Below are positions 24,442 to 34,353 of a stretch of DNA of 64,000 nt, one piece after another; the first letter of the stretch is position 1; the number at the start of each line of letters is the position of its first letter. The position numbers and the translations under genes were made by a program. Below the pieces are notes generated by a model. That model was not told the DNA's origin, did not search any database, and saw only the letters and a program-made list of their open reading frames with translations. Origin of the DNA: Candidatus Eiseniibacteriota bacterium (lineage in GTDB: Bacteria; Eisenbacteria; RBG-16-71-46; CAZAMP01); contig OZ245046.1 in NCBI GenBank assembly GCA_965224245.1, forward strand, positions 4,640,001 through 4,704,000. Direction: 5' to 3'.

Positions 24442-26298
24442 GTGGATGCACAGGCGCGCGTCGCGCGATGGCTCGCCATCGCCGCGCGCGCCGTCGAGCT
24501 CGATCCCGCCACGTCGGGTGAGGCCGGTGCCTCGGCCGGAGCGAGGGTTCCCCTGCGGCGATTCGCCTCCGCGCTGGCCGCCGTGCGCGTGGCCCCGTCC
24601 GTGACCGACCCGTCCTCGCGCGGTGTGCCGCACCACGTCGCGATCTTCGGCGGCACGAACAGCGGCAAGTCGACCGTGGCCAGCCTGCTCCTCGGCGTCG
24701 ACAGCGGCGCGATGGCCGTGCGCGCGCGCTACACGCAGCACCCCACGGCCTACCACGCCGGCGATGCCGCGTGGATCTCCCGCCCGAGCTGGCCCCTGTC
24801 CGCGTACCGGGTCCATCGAGACGATCCGCCTCACTACAGCGACGAGGACATCGCCCGTGGCCGGTACGTACCGGGCATTCACCTCCGTCGGCGCGACGCC
24901 CTTCCCCGGATCGACGTGAGCGCCGCTCACGCCGAGCCCGGCCCCGTCCTGCCTGACGACGTCGTCCTGTGGGATCTCCCCGACTTCTCCACCGACGCCG
25001 CGGCCGCCTATCTCGACTCGGTGCTGGACATCATCGCACTGGCCGACCTCGTGCTCCTGACGCTCACCGAGGAATCCTACGCCGACGCTCGAGTGGACGA
25101 TCTCCTGGGGCTCGTGGGGCGCTCCGGGGTGGAGACACGCGTCATCGCCAACAAGGTCTCCGGCGATCCCGATCTCCTCGAGCACATCGAGGGTCGCATC
25201 GGCGAGATCCACGACCGCGGTCGCGTGTTCGCGCTGCCCCGCGTGGACGGATCCAGCGCGTCGGCGCGTCTGGCCGAGCTCATCGGGACCGAGGACGCGC
25301 GGGCGCTGCAAGCCGACGTCCACGCGGCCCTCGCCGACCGGGGACAGCTGCGCCGGCACGCGATCGAGGGGGCGCTCCGGCTCTGGGAGCGCGACGTGGA
25401 CACGATCCTGTCCCCGCTGGTGGAGGCCGCGGACGCGGACCTGGCCTGGCGCCGGTTCGTGCGCGAGCAGACCGAATCGATCATCCTGAGTGGCTACAGA
25501 CGGGACTATCTCGAGACCAGCGACTACGGCGAGTTCAACGAGACGGTCGTTCGCGTGCTGGATCTGCTCGAGGTTCCCGGCGTGGGTCCGGTGCTCCGAC
25601 AGGTGGCCAACATCGCGCGAGTGCCCATGCGTCTGGTGCTGGACACGCTCCGCGGGGCGTTCAACCAGATCGTGCCTCGTGATCGAGCGAAGACGAGAAC
25701 GCTCGAGCACCAGATCCTGGCCGTCCTCACGGCCGAATGGCTGGACGCCCTCAGGCGCGAGGCGCAACGGCTCGCCCAGGACACCCGGGAGGCGCAGTGG
25801 GCGGACATCGCCCGTACGCTCGGGGATCGCTCCGCGCTGGACCTGATCGAGTCGCGCTTCGTCGAGGCCTACGGCCGATATGCCGAGCTCCGCGGTCGTG
25901 AGGTCCGCGAGCGGGCGCGGGAGATCGTGGCCATCCTGGAGGACCACCCGGCCCTGTGCCGTACGCTACGATCGGTGCGACTCGGAACCGATCTGGCGGC
26001 GATCACCGCGGCGGTGGCCAGCGGCGGACTCAGCTGGACCGATGCGCTCTGGGGTCCCCTGGTGGCGGCGGTGATGCAGGAGGTGTTCGAGGCCGGGCTC
26101 GGCGTGTACATCGATGGACAGAAGCGACGCCTGAAACGGCGCCAGTTCGACCTGGTGGAACGTCTCGTACTGGAGGCGATGGAGGCGCCGGTGCTCGCGC
26201 TGGCCCCGTCCACGACCACGCACGACGATCTGGCCGCCGTGCGTTCGGACGTCGCGGCGGTCTCGGAGCTTCTCGGCCGCCACGCCTGGGGGACCTGA
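24442..26298 (+). CDS. Dynamin-like/YfjP-like GTPase 1
   Basis: G1 GGTNSGKST, G3-position DLPD, G4 NKVS. Long helical C-terminus with hydrophobic hairpin LAAITAAVASGGLSWTDALWGPLVAAVM. Confidence 0.7.
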   Translation: MDAQARVARWLAIAARAVELDPATSGEAGASAGARVPLRRFASALAAVRVAPSVTDPSSRGVPHHVAIFGGTNSGKSTVASLLLGVDSGAMAVRARYTQHPTAYHAGDAAWISRPSWPLSAYRVHRDDPPHYSDEDIARGRYVPGIHLRRRDALPRIDVSAAHAEPGPVLPDDVVLWDLPDFSTDAAAAYLDSVLDIIALADLVLLTLTEESYADARVDDLLGLVGRSGVETRVIANKVSGDPDLLEHIEGRIGEIHDRGRVFALPRVDGSSASARLAELIGTEDARALQADVHAALADRGQLRRHAIEGALRLWERDVDTILSPLVEAADADLAWRRFVREQTESIILSGYRRDYLETSDYGEFNETVVRVLDLLEVPGVGPVLRQVANIARVPMRLVLDTLRGAFNQIVPRDRAKTRTLEHQILAVLTAEWLDALRREAQRLAQDTREAQWADIARTLGDRSALDLIESRFVEAYGRYAELRGREVRERAREIVAILEDHPALCRTLRSVRLGTDLAAITAAVASGGLSWTDALWGPLVAAVMQEVFEAGLGVYIDGQKRRLKRRQFDLVERLVLEAMEAPVLALAPSTTTHDDLAAVRSDVAAVSELLGRHAWGT

Positions 26299-28211
26299 TG
26301 CGAGCGATCGACGATCTGCGCCGCGCGCTGGACGCGTCCCGCGTGGTCGCGATCGACCCCGACGGGCGGGCCCGGATCGACGAGGCCATCGAGCGAGCCC
26401 GCACGCTGCTCGCGAGCGCGGGCCCGCCGCGGCTGGTCGTCGCCATCACGGGCGGCACCGGCGCCGGCAAGAGCACGCTGATCAACGCGCTCGCGGGGCG
26501 TTCGATCGCCGTCGCCGCGGCCACGCGCCCGACGACGACGTCGCTCCACGTCTATCATCATCGCGACCTCCCACCCGACGTGATCCCGCCCTGGCTCCGG
26601 GAGGAGGCGGCGTTCACGGCACACGCCGAGCCCAGCCTCGCGAACGCGGTGTTGATCGACACACCCGATCTGGACAGCTTCGTCACCGAGCATCGCCGCC
26701 TGACCCGCGCGCTCCTGAAGGCCGCGGGTCTGGTGCTGTACGTGTTCACGCCGGACAAGTACGCCGACGAGCGGGTGTGGTCGGTGCTGCGGGAGGAGAA
26801 GGAGTTCAGCTCCTGCGCGGCCGTGCTCAATCGGATCGACGAGGTCGCGCCCGGCGAGGTCCCGTCGATTCTCGCCGACATCCGCGAGCGCTTCGCAGGC
26901 GTCGGCGTCAATGACGTTCCAGTCTTCGCGACCAGCGCTCGCGACCACGCGCCGGGCGGCGACGGTGTGCACCGGCGGCACGACTCGTTTCCGGCGCTGG
27001 TGGCGTTTCTGGAGCACGAGCGTCGCGACGGTGACCTCGCACGGCAGCGTCGCGCCCAGCGCGAGCGCGCCGTGGAGGCCGTGCGCACCGCGATCGCGGC
27101 GTCGGTGCCACGGGCGATCGACACGCACCTCTCCCGGCTGGATCGGGCCACCGACGAGCGGATCGATGCCGCGGTCGGCGAGCTGGACGCCACGATCGAC
27201 GAGCGGCTGTCCGCGCTGACGGACGCGCTACGCCCGGTGGCCGTGCTTGCGGGTCGGGCCAGCTTCTGGGGGCCGCTACGGGCGTGGCTCGCGGTGGGCG
27301 ACTTCGTCCGCTACGGCCTGCCCGGGATGGCGCGGCGCGCCGTCGCCGGCTTCCGTGGAACCGGTACGCGCGCCCCGATCGATCTGGGCGCGACGGCGGC
27401 GACCGAGATCTCGCGTCGGATCGCGCGTGACCTGCAGGCGCTCCAGGACCGCCTCTACGAGTGGGGACTGCCGGTCGCGCGGTGGCAGGCCCTGGCCGAG
27501 TCCATCGACGCCGCCCCCATCGCCGATCGCGTGGCCGACGAGATCGCATCGCGTTTCCAGCTCGCGAGCGCCCGGCGGCCCCTGGCTGTGCGCGTGGTCG
27601 CGTGGGTGCTCTCGGCGGTCGCGTTCGTCGTATCGCTCGTGGTCTCGGGCGCGGCGCTGTGGGAGATCGGACGCCGGCTGGTCCGGGGCGAGATCGCGGC
27701 CTTCGACGTGTTGCTCGATGCAGGGGCGCTGCTCGTGCTCGCGTTCGTGCTTCTGGGGGCGCTCAGCATGCTCGTGGGCGCCCGGGGACCCAACGTGCAC
27801 CGACTGCGCCGCGAGGTCCTGCGGGACGTGGTCGGCGGCCGGATCGCCTCGGTGGTCGACACGTACCGGGGCGAGCTCGTGCGTGAGCTGGAGCGGCTCG
27901 AGGTGCCCGTCGACGAGATGATGGCGCTCGCCCACGACGGTCCTGGTGACGGCGGTCCCGATCGACGCGACGCCGTGCGGTCCCCATCCGACGACCCTCG
28001 AGCGGGCGACGCCCCGGAGAGCCCCACCGCTCCGGACGGTGCCCCCGACCCGAACGACACCGATCCAGGCGACGGGTCGCCCGGGCCGGCGGATGACGGC
28101 AGGACCGACCCGCCGGCCAGCGCCGGAGAACGCGAGGCCTACGCCGGGTCTCTCGCCGCGCGCATGGCCAGGGCCGCCGAGCGCGGCCGATCCGGCGATT
28201 CCGGGCGTTGA
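26298..28211 (+). CDS. Dynamin-like/YfjP-like GTPase 2 with two C-terminal TM helices
   Basis: TGATG coupling to the previous gene. GGTGAGKST, RPTT, DTPD, NRID. Two hydrophobic helices and an acidic disordered tail. Confidence 0.75.
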   Translation: MRAIDDLRRALDASRVVAIDPDGRARIDEAIERARTLLASAGPPRLVVAITGGTGAGKSTLINALAGRSIAVAAATRPTTTSLHVYHHRDLPPDVIPPWLREEAAFTAHAEPSLANAVLIDTPDLDSFVTEHRRLTRALLKAAGLVLYVFTPDKYADERVWSVLREEKEFSSCAAVLNRIDEVAPGEVPSILADIRERFAGVGVNDVPVFATSARDHAPGGDGVHRRHDSFPALVAFLEHERRDGDLARQRRAQRERAVEAVRTAIAASVPRAIDTHLSRLDRATDERIDAAVGELDATIDERLSALTDALRPVAVLAGRASFWGPLRAWLAVGDFVRYGLPGMARRAVAGFRGTGTRAPIDLGATAATEISRRIARDLQALQDRLYEWGLPVARWQALAESIDAAPIADRVADEIASRFQLASARRPLAVRVVAWVLSAVAFVVSLVVSGAALWEIGRRLVRGEIAAFDVLLDAGALLVLAFVLLGALSMLVGARGPNVHRLRREVLRDVVGGRIASVVDTYRGELVRELERLEVPVDEMMALAHDGPGDGGPDRRDAVRSPSDDPRAGDAPESPTAPDGAPDPNDTDPGDGSPGPADDGRTDPPASAGEREAYAGSLAARMARAAERGRSGDSGR

Positions 28212-28237
28212 CGCGTTTCGGCCTCTCCCCGCATACT
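28208..28237 (+). promoter_or_regulatory. sigma70-type promoter of typA
   Basis: TTGACG-N18-CATACT, ending about 60 nt upstream of the ATG. Confidence 0.5.
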
Positions 28238-28299
28238 CCTCCGCCATCGGTTCGGGCTCGAGCATTCGGTCGTCACGCCGTGAGGCGGGGATTCCACGC

Positions 28300-30117
28300 A
28301 TGAACATTCGAAACGTCGCGATCATCGCACACGTGGATCACGGGAAGACCACGCTGGTCGATCAGATCCTCCGTCAGTGCCACGTCTTCCGCGACGACCA
28401 GGAGGTCGCGGAGCGCGTCCTGGACTCGAACGACCTGGAGCGCGAGCGCGGCATCACGATCATGTCGAAGAACATCGCGGTGCCGTATCGCGACACCCGC
28501 ATCAACCTGATCGACACCCCCGGCCACGCCGACTTCGGGGGTGAGGTCGAGCGCGTCCTGAAGATGGCCGACGGCGTGCTGCTCCTGGTCGACGCGTTCG
28601 AGGGACCGATGCCGCAGACCCGGTTCGTGTTGCAGAAGGCGCTCGGTCTGCACCTGAAGCCGATCGTGGTCATCAACAAGGTGGATCGTCCGAACTGCCG
28701 ACCGGCCGAGGTGGTCGACGAGGTGCTGGATCTGTTCATCGATCTCGGGGCCGACGAGAACCAGCTCGACTTTCCGGTGGTGTACGCGGCCGGGCGTGAT
28801 GGCTGGGCCACGCTGAGCCTCGATCACGACCGCGCGAACCTCGAGCCGCTGATGGAGACGATCGTGGGCGCCATCCCGCCGCCGGAGGTGGCCGACGGGC
28901 CGCTTCAGATGCTCGTGACGGCGCTCGACCACAGCGACTACGTGGGACGCATCGGAATCGGCCGCGTCTTCCGAGGCTCCATCCAGGCCAAGTCCACGGT
29001 CGCCATCGTCAAGCGCGCCGACGGCGCGGTGCAGGAGGCCGACATCCGGCGGCTGGACGTGTTCGAGGGCCTCGGTCGGCGCGAGACCAGCTTCGTCGGC
29101 GGCGGCGACATCTGCGCGGTCGTCGGCATCGAGGGCATCGACATCGGCGACACCATCGCCGACGTCGAGCATCCCGATCCCCTCCCGATCATCGCCATGG
29201 ACGAGCCCACGCTGTCGATGTACTTCATGGCGAACAACAGCCCGTTCTACGGCAACGAAGGCAAGTACTGCACGAGCCGCCAGGTCCGCGATCGCCTCTA
29301 CAAGGAGACCCAGCGCGACATGGCGCTCCGCGTCGAGGACACGCACAACCCCGACACGTTTCGCGTCTCGGGCCGCGGGGTCCTGCACCTGTCGATCCTG
29401 ATCGAGTCGATGCGTCGCGAGGGCTACGAGCTGATGGTGGGACAGCCTCGCGTCATCTACAAGGAGATCGACGGCAAGAAGGCCGAGCCGGTCGAGATCC
29501 TGACCGTGGACGTTCCCGACGAGCACGTCGGCACCGTGATCGAGTACGTGGCCACCCGTAAGGGCGACATGCTCGACATGGAGCCGGGCGAGGGCCGCAC
29601 GCGTCTGGTCTTTCACATCCCCAGCCGGGGCCTGATCGGATTCCGGAGCAAGATGCTGCGGAGCACATCGGGCGAGGTCGTGATCAATCACCGATTCCAT
29701 CAGTACGAGAACTTCAAGGGCTCGATCCCAGAGCGCCAGACCGGCAGCATCGTCTCCATGGCCCAGGGCGAGGCGGTCGGGTTCGCACTGGACGCGTTGC
29801 AGGACCGCGGACGGTTCTTCATCGGTCCCGGCGAGAAGCTCTACGAGGGACAGATCCTCGGCGAGCACGCGAAGGAGGGCGATCTCGTGGTCAACGCGCA
29901 GAAGGCCAAGAAGCTGACCAACATGCGCGCAGCGGGATCGGACAAGGCGCTGAAGCTGGCGCCGCCGACGCGGCTGAGCCTCGAGGAAGCGCTCGAATAC
30001 GTCAACAACGATGAGTTCGTCGAGGTGACGCCGAAGTCGATCCGGCTCCGGAAGTCGGTGCTGAACGACTCCGAGCGGAAGCTGGCCGAGAAGCATGCGA
30101 AGAAGGCCGTCAGCTGA
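28300..30117 (+). CDS. typA: Translational GTPase TypA/BipA
   Basis: MNIRNVAIIAHVDHGKTTLVD, ERERGITI, DTPGHADFGGEVER, GRGVLHL, KKLTNMRA, EVTPKSIRLRK. Confidence 0.97.
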   Translation: MNIRNVAIIAHVDHGKTTLVDQILRQCHVFRDDQEVAERVLDSNDLERERGITIMSKNIAVPYRDTRINLIDTPGHADFGGEVERVLKMADGVLLLVDAFEGPMPQTRFVLQKALGLHLKPIVVINKVDRPNCRPAEVVDEVLDLFIDLGADENQLDFPVVYAAGRDGWATLSLDHDRANLEPLMETIVGAIPPPEVADGPLQMLVTALDHSDYVGRIGIGRVFRGSIQAKSTVAIVKRADGAVQEADIRRLDVFEGLGRRETSFVGGGDICAVVGIEGIDIGDTIADVEHPDPLPIIAMDEPTLSMYFMANNSPFYGNEGKYCTSRQVRDRLYKETQRDMALRVEDTHNPDTFRVSGRGVLHLSILIESMRREGYELMVGQPRVIYKEIDGKKAEPVEILTVDVPDEHVGTVIEYVATRKGDMLDMEPGEGRTRLVFHIPSRGLIGFRSKMLRSTSGEVVINHRFHQYENFKGSIPERQTGSIVSMAQGEAVGFALDALQDRGRFFIGPGEKLYEGQILGEHAKEGDLVVNAQKAKKLTNMRAAGSDKALKLAPPTRLSLEEALEYVNNDEFVEVTPKSIRLRKSVLNDSERKLAEKHAKKAVS

Positions 30118-30254
30118 CAACCGGTCGGTACGGTCATCCGAAATCGTAGCGAGTACACCATTGTAGGTTCCGCACCCATCGGAGCGGATGTCCGCAGTCC
30201 ATCGGCCACGTGTCCGCCGGCGGCATACCAGCGTTCTCAACCTGGGAGGTCGAC

Positions 30255-33200
30255 GTGCGCCATCGGGGTCAAGCCGCATGGGTCGCCGCCGCGTTCACCG
30301 GACTGGCGGTCGGGTTCGCGGCGGCGGACGAGTTCTTTCCCCTCGGACTCTACGGGGCGGGCATGTTTCCCCCGAGCAGCCGCCAGTGGGCATGCTGCCC
30401 GGGGCCGGGCTGCATGCCCGACGTGAGCTGTACCGCGCCGGAGTGGAACGCGTTCGACGACGTCGCGGCAAATTCCGCCTTCAACGTTGTTCAGGACTAT
30501 TTCTACCGGACCGGCTATCCATCCTGGGTTCAGTTCGGGGATGTGGAGTGCTTCCTCGAGTCCGTCGAGGCCGCCGGCCTCAAAGCCATGGTCAGCCTGC
30601 CGCGCTGGCTTCCCGACGACATCTCGCCGACCTGCGCCCACAACGTCGCGGAGTCGTTCCATGCACCGCTGAATGCTTTCCAGCGCGCGCTCACCGACTC
30701 GGCTGCCGCGATGGTGGCCCGGCTGATGTCCAACGATGCCGTCTACGGCTGGTATCTGGCCGACGAACCGATCGACATCACCCACGATGCCGCCTTCCAC
30801 AGCATCGCGGTCTCGGCCGAAAAGCTGGAGCACGCCCGCAACGTCCTCCGAGGAATCGACGGCTCACATCCGATGCTCATCACGCTGCCGGACTACGACT
30901 CGTTCCTGTTCAACTCCGCCCCATGGCCCGTCAGCTCGGGTGACGATCGCTACGCGGACTGGCGTTGGAACAACGACGGCCCGACACGGGAGTACCGTGA
31001 TCCGTGCTGTCCCGACTTCAACTGCCAGCCGTGGATATGGAATGCCCCGTGTGTCCACGACACCCTCTGCACGACCGGCGGCACCGACCACTGTGGCTGC
31101 CCGGGTATCGAGCTGACGCAGGACTACACGTTCGCCGCCGACATCATCCAGGACGACACCTACGTCTCCGTCACCGCCGACTCGCTCGACCTCGAGATCT
31201 ACACGAAGCGCCTGCGCCAACAGGACGATCTGGTCGCGTCACAGCGTGCCGCCGGCGGCGCCGCCCAAGTGGTCATCTCGGTGGCCACGACGACCGGCTG
31301 TCCCGACAGTCCGGTCACGGTCCGTCCCAGTGCGGACAAGCTCCGATACGAGACCTACGCCAGCATCATCCACGGCATGGAGGGGGTCTGGTACTGGTCT
31401 TACGACCTGTCGTTCGACGATCCGGATGCGGACGGAAACTGTACGGTCGATGCTTGCATCCGGTACGGACCACCGGGCCCGTACTTCACCGGCGTGATGG
31501 CTCCGCTCTCGTTCGAGCTGGCAGGGATCGAGGATCACCTCCTGGGGACCAGCGTTCTGGAGTACCACTGGGAGGAAGACCTGACCGATGGAGATCCCTT
31601 CAACGACGGCGTTCCCGTTCAGCCCAACTCGGCCGAGACGTGGTTGAAGGACTACCACGTCGTTCATCAGCTCATGAAGAACGACGGAGCCCAGACGCTG
31701 CTGATGACGGCCAACGCAGGAGCGGACACGCTCGACATCCTCTTCGACATCTCCGCGCTGCCGGATGCCCCGGAATTCAACACGATCAAGAACGCCACGA
31801 TGGCGACCGTCCACAAGCTCGGCACGACACAGACCGTCCCCATCTCCAGCGGGACGATGGCCGCCCAGTACCTCCCGTACGAGGTGCGGCTGTACGAGTT
31901 CGTGGCGCCCATCGTGAGGGTTCCCGACGACGAACCCGATCTGCAGGTCGCGATCGACAACGCCGCGCCCGGGACGATCGTTCAGGCCGCGCCAGGAACC
32001 GTGTACGCCGGCGACTTGCTGATCAAGTCGGGTGTCAACGTGCAGGCCGCGCCCGGAGCGCCCATGCCCGAAGTGGATGCGACCGGAAACGGCTACGGCG
32101 TGTTCATCCCCGGCAGCGCCGGGCCGGGCACGGGGATATCGGGCTTCTACGTGCACGGAGCGACCGGAACCGGTGTCTCCATCTCGCTCGGTGCCGACGG
32201 TGTCAACGTCACCGACTGCGTGATCGAGGGCAGCAACACGGGCATTCTGGTGAACAACGCCTCGGCCACGCTGGACGGCAATCGAATCACCGCTTCGTAC
32301 ATCGGCCTGAACGCGACCGAGGCCGTGGACGGTGAGAGCTTCGACGTAACCGTGACCGACAACGTCATCCTAGGACCCGCGGCGAGCCAGGGAGTCGGTG
32401 TCGTACTGTCGCTTCCGGAATCTACGCCGACCTTCGAGAACAACACGGTGCTCGGATGGTCCATCGGCGCCTACTTCGACGCGACCGCGTTCATGCTGGT
32501 GGCGCGCAGCGTGTTCACCGGCAACGATACGGACCTGTGGTGCAATGGACAGGCGCCGGCGTTCTTTCACTGCACGTCGTTCGGCAACGGCGTCAACTGG
32601 AACTGCGCCTACACGCCCATGTGGAACGACACGTTCGACCCGATGCTGTGTGACGACACCGGCAGCGTGCACGTCAACTCGCCCTGCCTTAGCTGGAACA
32701 GTCCCTGGAGTGAGGACATCGGGGCGCACGTCGGCGTCGGGTGTGCCTCCGGTACGCTGGCCGCGTCGGCGACGCTCGACGACGACAACGTGGCTGCGGG
32801 CACGATCGCGGTGCCGTCGGACTTCCGCGTGCCGTCGGGTCTGTCGCTGGACGTGTCAACGCAGTCGGGTCTCACGTTCGAGTTCGACGACACCGACGAG
32901 GCCGACATCGCCGGTCGGCATCCGACGAAGACCGAGCTGCTCGTCGAGGGGAGCTTGACCGCGGCCGGCATCGCCGGCGCTCCGGTACGCTTCGTATCGG
33001 GCGAGACGCCAGCGGAGGGTGATTGGCACGGAATCGACGCGCGATCCGCGGCGACGTTCGAGCTGCGGCAGTCGGAGGTGCGCCACGCCACCGTCGCTGT
33101 TCGCCTCCCCAGCAACACGTCCCCCAGCCTCGTTCGGAACTGCGTGATCGGGGACAACCTCACGCAGGACGTCAGCGCCATCGGCTGGGTGTCGGCGGTG

Positions 33201-34142
33201 CGCGACGTCAGCTACAACACGATCGACGTCGGCGGTGGCGAGGGCGTGAAGTTCGTCGACAGCAACGTGGGCGCGCGGTGTGAGTACAACACGATCACGG
33301 TGAGCGGGAATGACGGAGTCATCGTGAATCCACGGGGCACGCACCAGAGTGACGTGCGAATACACGGCAACGTCATCGCTCTGAACGGTTCCAACAGTCG
33401 GGGAGTTCGCGTCCTGGCCGGAACGCCGTCGATCACGACGAACGTGATCGACGGAGGGAAGTTCGGCATCTACGTGTCCGGTGGCGACCCGGCGGTCGGG
33501 GATCCGTCGGATCCCACTTCCGGCAACACGGTGACGAACGCCACCGTCGCCGGCCTGTACGTCACCGGTGGCGGTACCGGGGGCACCGCGCGACACAACA
33601 CGTTCACGCAGGGTGCGAACGGCGTACGCGTAGACAACGGCGCGCTTCCGGATCTCGGAACGGCCGTGTCGCCCGGGCTAAACGACCTCTGCGGAAACTC
33701 GACGAACTGTCTCCTCAACACGACCGCGGGCTCAGTGGTCTCGGCACAGGGAAACTACACCGAGGAGTGTCCGGGCACCCTGTGCATCACCGGTGATTTC
33801 GACGTCACCGGTCAGATGTGCTGTTCGATGCCCAGCGCGCGTCTCCTCGCGGCCACGGTTCCGCTTCGACTCCGCGTGGCGGGCTCGAATCCCACCCGCT
33901 CGACGGCAACGCTACGCTTCGACATGGGCGCAACGGCACGAGCCGTTCGGGTCGAGGTGTTCGACGCGTCCGGGCGACGCGTGCGCCGGATGGCCGATGG
34001 TGTTCGATCGCCAGGAACCCACGAGATCGTGTGGGACGGCCGCAACGATCGCGGGTGGCGACTGGCGAGCGGAGTCTACTTCGTTCGGGTCGACGGCCCG
34101 GGGCTGGGTTCGGAGTCGGTGAAGGTGCTCGTGACTCGCTAA
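30255..34142 (+). CDS. Large secreted protein: Cys-rich GH clan A-like TIM barrel + right-handed beta-helix + FlgD-Ig/T9SS-like CTD
   Basis: GTG 30255 after GGAGG, signal peptide, VYGWYLADEP and LRYETYASIIHGMEGVWYWSY. IVRVPDD...LQVAID...PG precedes N-rich beta-helix repeats. C-terminal VWDGRNDRGWRLASGVYF. Confidence 0.7.
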   Translation: MRHRGQAAWVAAAFTGLAVGFAAADEFFPLGLYGAGMFPPSSRQWACCPGPGCMPDVSCTAPEWNAFDDVAANSAFNVVQDYFYRTGYPSWVQFGDVECFLESVEAAGLKAMVSLPRWLPDDISPTCAHNVAESFHAPLNAFQRALTDSAAAMVARLMSNDAVYGWYLADEPIDITHDAAFHSIAVSAEKLEHARNVLRGIDGSHPMLITLPDYDSFLFNSAPWPVSSGDDRYADWRWNNDGPTREYRDPCCPDFNCQPWIWNAPCVHDTLCTTGGTDHCGCPGIELTQDYTFAADIIQDDTYVSVTADSLDLEIYTKRLRQQDDLVASQRAAGGAAQVVISVATTTGCPDSPVTVRPSADKLRYETYASIIHGMEGVWYWSYDLSFDDPDADGNCTVDACIRYGPPGPYFTGVMAPLSFELAGIEDHLLGTSVLEYHWEEDLTDGDPFNDGVPVQPNSAETWLKDYHVVHQLMKNDGAQTLLMTANAGADTLDILFDISALPDAPEFNTIKNATMATVHKLGTTQTVPISSGTMAAQYLPYEVRLYEFVAPIVRVPDDEPDLQVAIDNAAPGTIVQAAPGTVYAGDLLIKSGVNVQAAPGAPMPEVDATGNGYGVFIPGSAGPGTGISGFYVHGATGTGVSISLGADGVNVTDCVIEGSNTGILVNNASATLDGNRITASYIGLNATEAVDGESFDVTVTDNVILGPAASQGVGVVLSLPESTPTFENNTVLGWSIGAYFDATAFMLVARSVFTGNDTDLWCNGQAPAFFHCTSFGNGVNWNCAYTPMWNDTFDPMLCDDTGSVHVNSPCLSWNSPWSEDIGAHVGVGCASGTLAASATLDDDNVAAGTIAVPSDFRVPSGLSLDVSTQSGLTFEFDDTDEADIAGRHPTKTELLVEGSLTAAGIAGAPVRFVSGETPAEGDWHGIDARSAATFELRQSEVRHATVAVRLPSNTSPSLVRNCVIGDNLTQDVSAIGWVSAVRDVSYNTIDVGGGEGVKFVDSNVGARCEYNTITVSGNDGVIVNPRGTHQSDVRIHGNVIALNGSNSRGVRVLAGTPSITTNVIDGGKFGIYVSGGDPAVGDPSDPTSGNTVTNATVAGLYVTGGGTGGTARHNTFTQGANGVRVDNGALPDLGTAVSPGLNDLCGNSTNCLLNTTAGSVVSAQGNYTEECPGTLCITGDFDVTGQMCCSMPSARLLAATVPLRLRVAGSNPTRSTATLRFDMGATARAVRVEVFDASGRRVRRMADGVRSPGTHEIVWDGRNDRGWRLASGVYFVRVDGPGLGSESVKVLVTR

Positions 34143-34159
34143 CCCCCTGCGAGGATCCC

Positions 34160-34244
34160 GGGATCCCGGCACCACCGGGGTCCCAATGACCACACGATCG
34201 GTCCGACGTCGGGCGAGTGTGGTACCCGTCCGATCGGACCGATC
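34160..34244. terminator. Two GC-rich hairpins between the large secreted gene and the antiporter
   Basis: GGGATCCCGG-N5-CCGGGGTCCC (34160-34184) and GATCGGTCCGA...TCGGACCGATC (34196-34244). No U-tract. Confidence 0.35.
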
Positions 34245-34353
34245 ACGATGATCCGGCTACCTCGCGGCGCAATCGGCTCGGTCGGACGGTTCACGACGCT
34301 GTCGTCTTGCGGACCCGAACGCGGGCCACTATCGTTCAGGCGCTCCACGCAAC

